From a virus (lineage: Duplodnaviria; Caudoviricetes), in IMG/VR virus record IMGVR_UViG_3300032321_000283, positions 1 to 31,705 of that record: DNA of 31,705 nucleotides. One strand, given 5' to 3'. Made by a program: the position numbers and the translations under genes. This document shows positions 7,686 through 15,182 of this stretch, in pieces. Position 1 is the stretch's first letter, and each line of letters begins with the position of its first letter. The notes under the pieces are model-generated. The model did no database searches. It was not told where the DNA came from and saw only the letters and a list, made by a program, of their open reading frames with translations.

Positions 7686-7856
7686 ATGATTATTAAGTTG
7701 AGCAAAGAAGAGATTGAACAAGCCGTAATCGCTTGGGTTGCACTCCGAATGGATTTTGACTACCAAGAGCATGACTTTAATACGGTGGAAATGTACTACG
7801 GTGGCTGCGAGGTCTCTTGGGTCAAGCCTGTCCAACCCGAGCCAGAGGCCGCCTAA
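7686..7856 (+). CDS. Hypothetical protein (56 aa)
   Basis: Manual translation MIIKLSKEEIEQAVIAWVALRMDFDYQEHDFNTVEMYYGGCEVSWVKPVQPEPEAA; AAGGA Shine-Dalgarno; TAATG coupling to the exonuclease. Confidence 0.7.
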   Translation: MIIKLSKEEIEQAVIAWVALRMDFDYQEHDFNTVEMYYGGCEVSWVKPVQPEPEAA

Positions 7857-8833
7857 TGTCTGCAATCCCAATCCCCGACGAGGTAGCCGCGGCCATCGAC
7901 GCCGCGCACGAGCGCCAGGTCGAACTACCCAGGCCGCACCTTGGCGCCAGCCAACTCGGCCACGCTTGTGATCGGTGGCTTTGGCTGTCCTTCCGCTGGG
8001 CCGTGCGCGAGCCCTTTCCTGGTCGAATCCTTCGCTTGTTTCGGCGGGGCCGGCTGGAAGAGGCCACCATAGCGGCAGACCTCAAGGCAATTGGGATTGA
8101 GATACACAGCACCGAGGGCGAACAGGCCCGGGTGGATTTTGGCTCGCACGTCTCCGGCAGTCTGGATGGCGTCATCGAATCTGGCGTCCCTGGTGCGCCG
8201 AAGGCCCGGCACATCTTCGAGGCCAAAACGCACAGCAAGAAATCGTTTGACGATCTGGTCAAGCACGGCGTCGAGAAATCCAAGCCAGTCCATGCCGCCC
8301 AGATGCAGGTCTACATGCACGGCACGAACATTGACCGAGCGCTCTACTTTGCAGTCTGCAAAGACGATGACCGCATCTACACCGAGCGCTTGCGCTATAG
8401 CCGCACCGAGGCCGAGCGCCTGATTGCTCGCGGGCACCGCATCGCACTGGCGGACAGGATGCCCGAACCGCTCAGTAGCAACCCGGCATGGTACGAGTGT
8501 AAGTTCTGCGCTGGGCATGATTTTTGCCACGGCAGCAAAAAGACCAAGGAGGTCAACTGCAGGACTTGCGCCCACAGCACGGCGGAACCATCCACGCCGG
8601 ACCAAGATGCGCACTGGACATGCGCAAGATTCGACCGCAGCGTGATCCCTATCGCCACGCAATACACCGGCTGCGACAGCCATGTCCTGCATCCTGACCT
8701 AGTGCCCTGGCAGAGGATGGATGGGCCGGACGCTTGGACGGCGGTCTACGTCATTGATGGCGTTGAGGTGGCGAATGGGGAGGGGGATGCTAATGTGTTT
8801 GGGTCTCGGGAGTTGCTGGGGCTGGGGAATTGA
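7856..8833 (+). CDS. PD-(D/E)XK exonuclease, Cas4/RecB-like, with Cys cluster
   Basis: HLGASQLGHAC, SGSLDG, FEAKT, QMQVYM, CKFC...C and CRTC; start MSAIP at 7856. Confidence 0.85.
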   Translation: MSAIPIPDEVAAAIDAAHERQVELPRPHLGASQLGHACDRWLWLSFRWAVREPFPGRILRLFRRGRLEEATIAADLKAIGIEIHSTEGEQARVDFGSHVSGSLDGVIESGVPGAPKARHIFEAKTHSKKSFDDLVKHGVEKSKPVHAAQMQVYMHGTNIDRALYFAVCKDDDRIYTERLRYSRTEAERLIARGHRIALADRMPEPLSSNPAWYECKFCAGHDFCHGSKKTKEVNCRTCAHSTAEPSTPDQDAHWTCARFDRSVIPIATQYTGCDSHVLHPDLVPWQRMDGPDAWTAVYVIDGVEVANGEGDANVFGSRELLGLGN

Positions 8834-9644
8834 ATGAGCTTCATTTATTCGCAGGCGCTGGTGGAGGAATCTTGGCCGGCCAACAACTTGGACACCGATG
8901 CGTCTGCGCCGTTGAATGGGAACCCTACGCCCAAACCGTCCTTGTGGCACGACAAAACGATGGCAGTCTCCCGCCTTTCCCGATTTGGGATGATGTGCAA
9001 ACCTTTGACGGACGGCCATGGCGCGGCATTGTTGACATTGTGGCTGGAGGCTTCCCGTGCCAGGACATTAGCGTGGCCGGAAAAGGCGCAGGCATTGACG
9101 GCGCCAAGTCAGGAATGTGGGGTCACATGGCGCGGATCATTGGCGAGGTTCGACCCCGATATGTCTTTGTGGAGAACAGCCCAGCCCTCATTACTCGAGG
9201 ACTTGGGCGAGTCCTCGGTGACCTATCCGCGCTCGGGTATGACTGCCGCTGGACGGTGCTGGGCGCTGCCGATGTTGGGGCGCCGCATCAAAGGGACAGA
9301 TTCTGGCTTGTGGCCCACCATAACGGTGTGTGGCAACTACAACCGCAAAGGCGCCAGCGCTACCAGTGGGGATGGCCTGATAACGGCGCTCAGGACATGG
9401 CCAACGCCAATCAGGCGCGACAGCAGGACGGTTCGGGGGGGGCAAGAATGAAGAATTCCATCGGGTCGGAACCGCTGATAACGCAAGTAGCGGAATCGGA
9501 ACGCCGGACAGATGGCCGCCTGAACCCGATGTGGGTCGAATGGTTGATGGGGTGGCCTTTGGGATGGACAGACTTAAAGCCCTTGGCAACGGACAAGTTC
9601 CAGCCTGCGCAGCCGCCGCTTGGAGAATCCTAAGTGCTCCGTGA
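8830..9644 (+). CDS. C5 cytosine DNA methyltransferase, catalytic (alpha) polypeptide, frameshifted at G8 (9435-9442)
   Basis: Motif I LFAGAGG, IV GGFPCQD, VI FVENS and VIII HQRDRFW are in the 8830 frame. Motif X (DRLKALGNGQVP) lies in the -1 frame after the G tract and ends at TGA 9642-9644. Confidence 0.85.
8834..9633 (+). CDS. Overlapping-frame methyltransferase beta polypeptide (WPT repeats plus motif IX), frameshifted at the same G8
   Basis: ATG directly follows the exonuclease TGA; 205 open codons with WPTITVC and WPTPIRRD. It continues in the -1 frame as ...RLNPMWVEWLMGWPLGWT. Confidence 0.7.
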
Positions 9645-11241
9645 CTACCAACAGCGCACCATAGATCAGCTCTACGCCTGGTTCGACCGCAACACCACCG
9701 GCAATCCCTGCCTGGTGCTGCCCACCGGCTCGGGCAAATCCCACATCATTGCAGCCCTGTGCAAGCGGGTACTGCAGGAGTGGCCCGACAGCCAGATTCT
9801 GATGTTGACCCATGTCAAGGAATTGATAGAGCAGAACGTGGAGAAGCTGCGCCAGCACTGGCCCGATGTACCGGTGGGCATCTACAGCGCCAGCATCGGC
9901 AAGAAGCAACTTGGCGAGCCGATTACCTTTGCCGGCATCCAGTCGGTACGCAAGAAAGCCGCCCTGCTGGGCCACGTTGACCTAGTGCTAGTGGACGAGT
10001 GCCACCTGATTGCTCACAAGGACCAAGGCGGCTATCGTTCGCTGCTGGCCGAGCTGCTGGCGATCAATCCGCGTCTGCGAGTGGTGGGCCTAACCGCAAC
10101 ACCTTACCGCCTCGGCCATGGAATGATTACCGACGAGCCGGCGATCTTCCGCGAGCTCATCGAGCCAACAAACATCCTCGAGCTGGTGCGCCTCGGCCAT
10201 CTGGCGCCGCTACGCTCCAAGCACACCACGGCGCAGCTGGACACCAGCGAGGTCCACAAGCGCGGCGGCGAGTTCATCGAGGCCGAGCTACAGGCGGCAG
10301 TTGACACGGCAGATCAGAACAATTCCGTGGTGCGCGAGATCATTAAGCTGGCCGGGGATCGCAAGGCGTGGCTGGCATTCTGCTCTGGCGTCCAACACGC
10401 GTGGAACATTTGCGACAAGTTGAACGAGCTCGGCATCGTGGCGGACTGCATCACCGGCGCTACGTCGAAGCGCGAACGGGAACGCATCATCGGCGAATTC
10501 AAGGCGGGCCGTATCCGCTGCCTGACAAACGCCAACGTCCTGACTACCGGGTTTGATTACCCAGACATTGACCTGATCGCCATGCTGCGGCCCACGATGA
10601 GCCCAGGCCTCTACGTCCAGATGGCTGGCCGGGGTTTGCGGCCCAAGAGCCATACCGATCATTGCCTTGTGCTTGACTTCGCGGCGGTGGTGGCAACCCA
10701 CGGCCCGATCACCCACGTCCGACCGCCGAACAAGAAGGGCGACAAGGAGGGCGCAGCGCCGGTGAAGGTATGCGACAACTGCCAAGAACTATGCGCCCTG
10801 GCGGCCCGTGTATGCCCTGCCTGCGGGCATCCGTTTCCCGAGCCGGAGCCCAAAAAACTCAAGCTCCAGAACGATGACATTATGGGTTTGGCGGGCAAAG
10901 AAATGTCGGTGACTGCTTGGCGCTGGCGCAAGCACGTCAGCCGAGCCAGCGGGCAAGAGATGTTGATGGTCACCTATTACGGTGCGCTGTCCGATGCGCC
11001 AGTGTCGGAATACATGCCGATCAACAATCCAGGCTATGCGGGCGAGAAGGCCAGACGGGTTGTAACAACGATTGCAGTAGATGCCGACGTGCTTGTGTCA
11101 GACCTGTACAACCCGCTGGACGTAGTGGCCGATATTCTGTCTTGCGGCGAGCCGCCAGACATGATCGAGTTCAAGATGGACGGTAAATTTCACCGTGTTA
11201 TGCAACGAAAATGGAAACTAGATGCGTCACAAACAGCCTGA
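9634..11241 (+). CDS. SF2 DEAD/DEAH-box helicase (RadD/YejH-like) with Zn ribbon
   Basis: LRDYQ, LPTGSGKS, VDECH, GLTATP, LTTGFD, QMAGRGLR, and CDNC...CPAC. Confidence 0.92.
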   Translation: MLRDYQQRTIDQLYAWFDRNTTGNPCLVLPTGSGKSHIIAALCKRVLQEWPDSQILMLTHVKELIEQNVEKLRQHWPDVPVGIYSASIGKKQLGEPITFAGIQSVRKKAALLGHVDLVLVDECHLIAHKDQGGYRSLLAELLAINPRLRVVGLTATPYRLGHGMITDEPAIFRELIEPTNILELVRLGHLAPLRSKHTTAQLDTSEVHKRGGEFIEAELQAAVDTADQNNSVVREIIKLAGDRKAWLAFCSGVQHAWNICDKLNELGIVADCITGATSKRERERIIGEFKAGRIRCLTNANVLTTGFDYPDIDLIAMLRPTMSPGLYVQMAGRGLRPKSHTDHCLVLDFAAVVATHGPITHVRPPNKKGDKEGAAPVKVCDNCQELCALAARVCPACGHPFPEPEPKKLKLQNDDIMGLAGKEMSVTAWRWRKHVSRASGQEMLMVTYYGALSDAPVSEYMPINNPGYAGEKARRVVTTIAVDADVLVSDLYNPLDVVADILSCGEPPDMIEFKMDGKFHRVMQRKWKLDASQTA

Positions 11242-11413
11242 GATCGTCACGATCTACTACAACATGCTCAAGGCCGGCCCGCCCAAGTGCTGCCACAGCT
11301 GCGAGCTCTATGGCACGGACGGTCTGTGCGTGGAGTTCTTCAAAGAGCCGCCGGAAGACTTCGCCGCCACGCCGGATGCGTGTGACAAGTGGGTGATGGA
11401 CCTGCCCTTCTGA
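11222..11413 (+). CDS. Small Cys-rich protein
   Basis: 63 aa, CCHSC...C...C pattern; coupled to both neighbours. Confidence 0.6.
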   Translation: MRHKQPEIVTIYYNMLKAGPPKCCHSCELYGTDGLCVEFFKEPPEDFAATPDACDKWVMDLPF

Positions 11414-11748
11414 TGAAAACAGAACACGAAGAACAGCGAGAGCTGGTGCAGTGGATACGCCAGGCTTGCGGGGTGAGGGTCTTTGCAATCCCGAACGGTG
11501 GCCTGCGAGGCATTGCAGCCGCCGGACGCCTGAAGGCCGAGGGTGTCAGCGCTGGAGTGCCTGACCTGTTCGTGCCGGCCTGGCTGCTCTGGATTGAAAT
11601 GAAGCGGGAGAAGGGCGGCAGCATCTCGCCAGAGCAGCGCGACTGGCACGCCTATCTGACCGGCCTCGGGCACCATGTGATCGTCGGGCGCGGACAGGAA
11701 GATGCTAAAGAAAAGATGCGAAACCTAGGGTTTGTACCTAGAATTTGA
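11413..11748 (+). CDS. VRR-NUC domain nuclease
   Basis: MKTEHEEQ...FAIPNGG...GVSAGVPDL...IEMK...SPEQ; TGATG coupling at 11411-11415. Confidence 0.85.
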   Translation: MKTEHEEQRELVQWIRQACGVRVFAIPNGGLRGIAAAGRLKAEGVSAGVPDLFVPAWLLWIEMKREKGGSISPEQRDWHAYLTGLGHHVIVGRGQEDAKEKMRNLGFVPRI

Positions 11749-11775
11749 TGCTTTTTTTTAGGTAATATCCTTCTC
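11721..11775 (+). promoter_or_regulatory. Putative promoter/operator for the small-ORF region
   Basis: Inverted repeat CTAGG-N7-CCTAG (11725-11741), T8 tract, and -10-like TAATAT/TATCCT at 11763-11771. Confidence 0.4.
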
Positions 11776-11805
11776 ACACCAACCCGCAACCGGACCGGAG
11801 CCCAC

Positions 11806-11991
11806 ATGAAGATCAACACCAACTACACCCTCTACGCGCCCGCCAAGGCCGAAGAGATCGCCGCTTTGCTGACCACCGCCGACGACGACGGCTGGACCTA
11901 CAAGGCCAAGCACGATCCCCTGGGCACCGGCTGGTCTTTCATCGAAGTGTTCGACGAAGACCAGTTCATCATTGGCCGCGTGACCTTTTAA
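11806..11991 (+). CDS. Hypothetical protein (61 aa)
   Basis: GGAG Shine-Dalgarno; strong GC3 bias. Confidence 0.7.
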   Translation: MKINTNYTLYAPAKAEEIAALLTTADDDGWTYKAKHDPLGTGWSFIEVFDEDQFIIGRVTF

Positions 11992-12004
11992 CCCTGGAAC
12001 TTCC

Positions 12005-12079
12005 ATGATCTCTGATGCCCTCTTCGCCATAGCCCTCGGGCTAGCCGGCGCTACCTTTCTTTTCTTGGCGTTGTCATGA
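12005..12079 (+). CDS. Small hydrophobic peptide (24 aa)
   Basis: MISDALFAIALGLAGATFLFLALS; ATGA overlap with the next gene. Confidence 0.5.
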   Translation: MISDALFAIALGLAGATFLFLALS

Positions 12080-12516
12080 TCGCAACCAAACACAAGTTCC
12101 TGCTCACCAACTCTTTCAACATTTACGAATACAAACGCCTCTTGTTCAACGCGATCAACGCCTCGGTGGCTGAAGAGTGCGATGGCGAAGGTTTGGTGGC
12201 GCTCAACTTTGCGGACGGCTCGCGCCTGGCGCTGCCGGTAAACGGATCCCCACCCTGCCCGATAGACAGCGTGGAATTTATCTACGACATTGACGATGTG
12301 GACGTTCCGCTGGTCTGCCACCTAGACTACGAGCCAGAGTGCCTTGGCCACGGCGATCACCCCGATTACCCAAGCACAATGTGCTTGGTGGCGGCCTACA
12401 TCAAGGATGTTGACATTCTCGGCCTCTTGAGCCCCGACAAGATCGAGGCAATCGAACTGCTCGCCTTAGACGAGCAAGAGCGCTTTGATGGCGATGGTGG
12501 GTACGATGAAGAATAA
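12076..12516 (+). CDS. Hypothetical acidic protein (146 aa)
   Basis: ORF track entry; tightly packed with neighbours. Confidence 0.65.
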   Translation: MIATKHKFLLTNSFNIYEYKRLLFNAINASVAEECDGEGLVALNFADGSRLALPVNGSPPCPIDSVEFIYDIDDVDVPLVCHLDYEPECLGHGDHPDYPSTMCLVAAYIKDVDILGLLSPDKIEAIELLALDEQERFDGDGGYDEE

Positions 12517-12706
12517 GCCGCCAAGCGTAGGCTGGTGGCCCACCGGCGAGCACAAGGTGCGCTGGTGGAACGGCGAGCACTGGTCGTGGACTTGCCTAGA
12601 CAGCGACAACGAGTACTGGATAACGCGGTACAGCGCCAGGGAATCAACCGATGACGTCAAGTGGTATCCACGGCCCGACTGGTGGCCGGAGAGGTCAAAG
12701 ACATGA
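12506..12706 (+). CDS. Trp-rich hypothetical protein
   Basis: MKNKPPSVGWWPTGEHKVRWWNGEHWSW...; ATGA coupling downstream. Confidence 0.6.
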   Translation: MKNKPPSVGWWPTGEHKVRWWNGEHWSWTCLDSDNEYWITRYSARESTDDVKWYPRPDWWPERSKT

Positions 12707-12807
12707 AAGACAGAGAAGAGTATTTCTGCAAGGCTGCGGCCCGCCAGAGCCTGTTTGCGGCGGTCTGGATCGTCGCCCTGGTGGCGCTGATCGCGTGCCT
12801 AGCATGA
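12703..12807 (+). CDS. Small membrane protein (34 aa)
   Basis: MKDREEYFCKAAARQSLFAAVWIVALVALIACLA; ATGA overlaps at both ends. Confidence 0.55.
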   Translation: MKDREEYFCKAAARQSLFAAVWIVALVALIACLA

Positions 12808-12935
12808 CACACATCGGCTGGATGGTTAGCGAGGGCGAAGTCTGCATTTTGCTCACCAGGCGCAAAGATGAGATGCAGTATTGGGTGGATCGTGGATGCA
12901 CTGCGGTGCCTCTCTATGCAATGCCCCCGCTGTAA
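12804..12935 (+). CDS. Hypothetical protein (43 aa)
   Basis: MTHIGWMVSEGEVCILLTRRKDEMQYWVDRGCTAVPLYAMPPL; ATGA overlap. Confidence 0.55.
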   Translation: MTHIGWMVSEGEVCILLTRRKDEMQYWVDRGCTAVPLYAMPPL

Positions 12936-13173
12936 CGCGCCAGCTGGCGTGCTTGAGACCCGGCAACGCCCCGATAACTTAACTTGGAGAAGGTACAAAT
13001 GCTTCAACGAACACAGATTCAGCACAACGGAACAACCCGTCGTTTTCCCCGGTCGCTTGACGAAGCCTTTGGCGGCGACGGTTGCGCCATCACCCACTAC
13101 TGCAACAGATGGTCGTGGTTCAACCGAGCCGTTGCCTTCAGTGTCTGGGTACTGGCGCTGGCTTACGGGGTGA
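12916..13173 (+). CDS. NrdR-N-like zinc-ribbon protein
   Basis: MQCPRC...VLETR...RRYKCFNEHRFSTTE matches the NrdR N-terminal Zn-ribbon pattern. Confidence 0.65.
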   Translation: MQCPRCNAPAGVLETRQRPDNLTWRRYKCFNEHRFSTTEQPVVFPGRLTKPLAATVAPSPTTATDGRGSTEPLPSVSGYWRWLTG

Positions 13174-13187
13174 CGCTATGGACCTGA
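12999..13187 (+). CDS. Hypothetical membrane protein (62 aa), overlapping the Zn-ribbon gene
   Basis: GGAG Shine-Dalgarno at 12986-12989; MLQRTQIQHNGTTRRFPRSLDEAFGG...AVAFSVWVLALAYGVTLWT; overlaps the endolysin start. Confidence 0.5.
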   Translation: MLQRTQIQHNGTTRRFPRSLDEAFGGDGCAITHYCNRWSWFNRAVAFSVWVLALAYGVTLWT

Positions 13188-13600
13188 AGAGCCAACTTTT
13201 GAGGGAAGAGGGCGCCGAGTCCTGCGCCTACCAAGACTCGCTTGGATACTGGACCATCGGCGTGGGCCGGCTCATTGACTCTCGCAAGGGCGGCGGGCTG
13301 TCGAACGAAGAGATCGACATGCTGCTGGACAATGACATCAAGCGCAACTACGAAGCAGTGCTCAAGGCGTTGCCGTGGATGGAGAAACTGTCCGACCAGC
13401 GCCAGGCTGTGCTGATTGAGATGGCGTTCCAGATGGGAATGAAGGGCCTGCTCCAGTTCAAGCGGATGCTATCGGCGGTTGAAGATGGCCAGTACTTTGA
13501 GGCCGCTGCGCAGATGGTGGAGAGCACTTGGGCACGGCAGACGCCAGCACGAGCGCAGCGCCTGGCGCAACAAATGGAGACTGGCGAATGGACCCTCTAA
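13178..13600 (+). CDS. Endolysin, T4-lysozyme-like (GH24)
   Basis: EEG...YQDSLGYWTIGVGR catalytic E-D-T pattern, MAFQMG and WARQTPARA; start MDLKSQ at 13178. Confidence 0.9.
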   Translation: MDLKSQLLREEGAESCAYQDSLGYWTIGVGRLIDSRKGGGLSNEEIDMLLDNDIKRNYEAVLKALPWMEKLSDQRQAVLIEMAFQMGMKGLLQFKRMLSAVEDGQYFEAAAQMVESTWARQTPARAQRLAQQMETGEWTL

Positions 13601-13965
13601 CCGCAGGCGTCGAACTGGCGCAGACCGTCATCACCCGCATCTGGCCGGACAAGTCAGCCGCAGAGGCAGCGCAACTTGCCGCTCAGGTCGCCATCGTGCA
13701 AGGCCAACTTGATGTGAACCGCGCCGAAGCGTCCAGCCCCAGCGCCTTTACTTCAGGCTGGCGCCCAGCGATCGGCTGGGTCTGCGCGTTGGCCTTGGCG
13801 TGTCAGTACATTGCTAGGCCACTGGTTCAGTGGGCCGGCATTGTGCTCGACCATCCTTTGCCTGCGTTGCCTGGCATCGACGACAACTTGTGGCAGTTGA
13901 TGTTGGGGATGCTTGGGCTTGGCGGGTTGCGCACGTTTGAGAAGACGAAGGGGGTTGCATCGTGA
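13588..13965 (+). CDS. Holin, 3TM gene-transfer-release type
   Basis: SGWRPAIGWVC...MLGMLGLGGLRTFEK; adjacent to the endolysin. Confidence 0.85.
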   Translation: MDPLTAGVELAQTVITRIWPDKSAAEAAQLAAQVAIVQGQLDVNRAEASSPSAFTSGWRPAIGWVCALALACQYIARPLVQWAGIVLDHPLPALPGIDDNLWQLMLGMLGLGGLRTFEKTKGVAS

Positions 13966-14162
13966 ACGAACGAATTCAAAAGTTTGTGCAAGAGTGTTTT
14001 GATATCTCCATTGACGGTCGTGGGCGTGAAGAGTGTTGCGCTGACTACATCAACGTGCAGCGGTTTGCCGATTTGATTATCCGGGAGTGCGCAGAATTGA
14101 GCACCGGCTATACCGGCAACGTTAAGTTGTTGATCTGCAACCATTTTGGGATTGAACCATGA
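13962..14162 (+). CDS. Hypothetical protein (MNERI...FAxLIxREC...HFG type)
   Basis: 66 aa; GTGA/ATGA couplings. Confidence 0.65.
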   Translation: MNERIQKFVQECFDISIDGRGREECCADYINVQRFADLIIRECAELSTGYTGNVKLLICNHFGIEP

Positions 14163-14443
14163 ACGACAACCCGTGGACAATTGAGAGCATCATCACTCAC
14201 GCCAAAGAAATGGCCGAGCGCAACGGATTTGAGTTGTTGCCGGGAGAAGGCGGCGTCATCAAGATCGTTGCAAAAAAACCGCCCTACGGCAGGAACGTTT
14301 CTATTGCCCGGTTAAACGATTGGGCATCTGTAGAACTGTTCTTTCTCGGGTATGAGCAGGGCAAGATGGAAACAAACATTGTTGCTACGTTGGCAAAGGG
14401 TAAGAAGAAGGTTACGGATGAAAAACCGTATGTCTTTCCATGA
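14159..14443 (+). CDS. Hypothetical protein (94 aa)
   Basis: ATGA-coupled; lower GC. Confidence 0.6.
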   Translation: MNDNPWTIESIITHAKEMAERNGFELLPGEGGVIKIVAKKPPYGRNVSIARLNDWASVELFFLGYEQGKMETNIVATLAKGKKKVTDEKPYVFP

Positions 14444-14631
14444 CTTGGCTAATGCAGGATGAGTGCAAGCCATTGTCCGTCTGGCTTAGTACTAGGCTAG
14501 GTGACTATAGGGAAATTAGGCGAGTTAAAGGGAGCACCACTTATGAAACAAAGCATGTAATTGCTTTTAAGAGCGATGTTGTGAAGTTTATTAGAGAAAC
14601 AGAAGCAAAACTACGGAAAAAAAACACATGA
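14440..14631 (+). CDS. Hypothetical protein ending EAKLRKKNT
   Basis: ATGA-coupled; AT-rich. Confidence 0.55.
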   Translation: MTWLMQDECKPLSVWLSTRLGDYREIRRVKGSTTYETKHVIAFKSDVVKFIRETEAKLRKKNT

Positions 14632-14828
14632 CAGACGAAGAAATCCACGACTGTTTTCAGCAGCGCAGCAAAGATAAGACTCAGGAACGCAGACTGATTG
14701 CTAATGCTATTGGGGAAAAACTGTGTGGTGCGATTGCATATGAACTGACAAAACGGATGGTTATTGACATGCCAACGGCGCGTGCTGCGATTGACGCAGC
14801 CCTGAATAAGAAGGAGAAGAACACATGA
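14628..14828 (+). CDS. Hypothetical protein (TDEEI...KEKNT type)
   Basis: ATGA-coupled; AT-rich. Confidence 0.6.
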   Translation: MTDEEIHDCFQQRSKDKTQERRLIANAIGEKLCGAIAYELTKRMVIDMPTARAAIDAALNKKEKNT

Positions 14829-14992
14829 ACACCATTATTCCAGCAAAAGAAGTTGCCGCAAGCATTTGGAAAATCATGGAAGAAGTCGCCAATAAATACG
14901 CAGAAGAAAAGCGGGAAAACTTGAAGGCAGTAATGCTTGATCAGCTTGGCGTGGCTATGTTTAACGGACCAAAAGAGAAAACACATGACTGA
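14825..14992 (+). CDS. Hypothetical protein (55 aa)
   Basis: Manual translation MNTIIPAKEVAASIWKIMEEVANKYAEEKRENLKAVMLDQLGVAMFNGPKEKTHD; AAGGAG Shine-Dalgarno. Confidence 0.6.
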   Translation: MNTIIPAKEVAASIWKIMEEVANKYAEEKRENLKAVMLDQLGVAMFNGPKEKTHD

Positions 14993-15182
14993 AACCGAAC
15001 GCAAGCTAGACCTTCTGCTGGGCGATGCCCTAGCAGAGAACGAGCGCCTCAAGCGCGAACTGAAGTACCAAGACGCCAGAGATGGGCACATCGGCACGCA
15101 CGGCCCCGACTGCTGGTCATGGGGGCCGAAGCACTACGAGTGCGCGCTGCGGCACATAGGCGGCTCAAATGATGCACACTGA
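14985..15182 (+). CDS. Hypothetical coiled-coil protein with His/Cys tail
   Basis: MTETERKLDLLLGDALAENERLKREL...THGPDCWSWGPKHYECAL. Confidence 0.6.
   Translation: MTETERKLDLLLGDALAENERLKRELKYQDARDGHIGTHGPDCWSWGPKHYECALRHIGGSNDAH

Noticed and set aside
6723-8692. Long antisense ORFs (6723-7436, 7925-8692, and similarly 17985-18695 and 23867-24613)
   Set aside because: They are mirror frames of well-supported genes with high GC3 and have no recognisable motifs.
7856-8833. Cas4-like nuclease as evidence of a CRISPR-Cas system
   Set aside because: No other cas genes or array; it sits in a standard phage recombination module.
13082-13177. N-terminal extension (signal/SAR) on the endolysin
   Set aside because: It would be a third overlapping frame, and the lysozyme-like sequence begins at MDLKSQ (13178).
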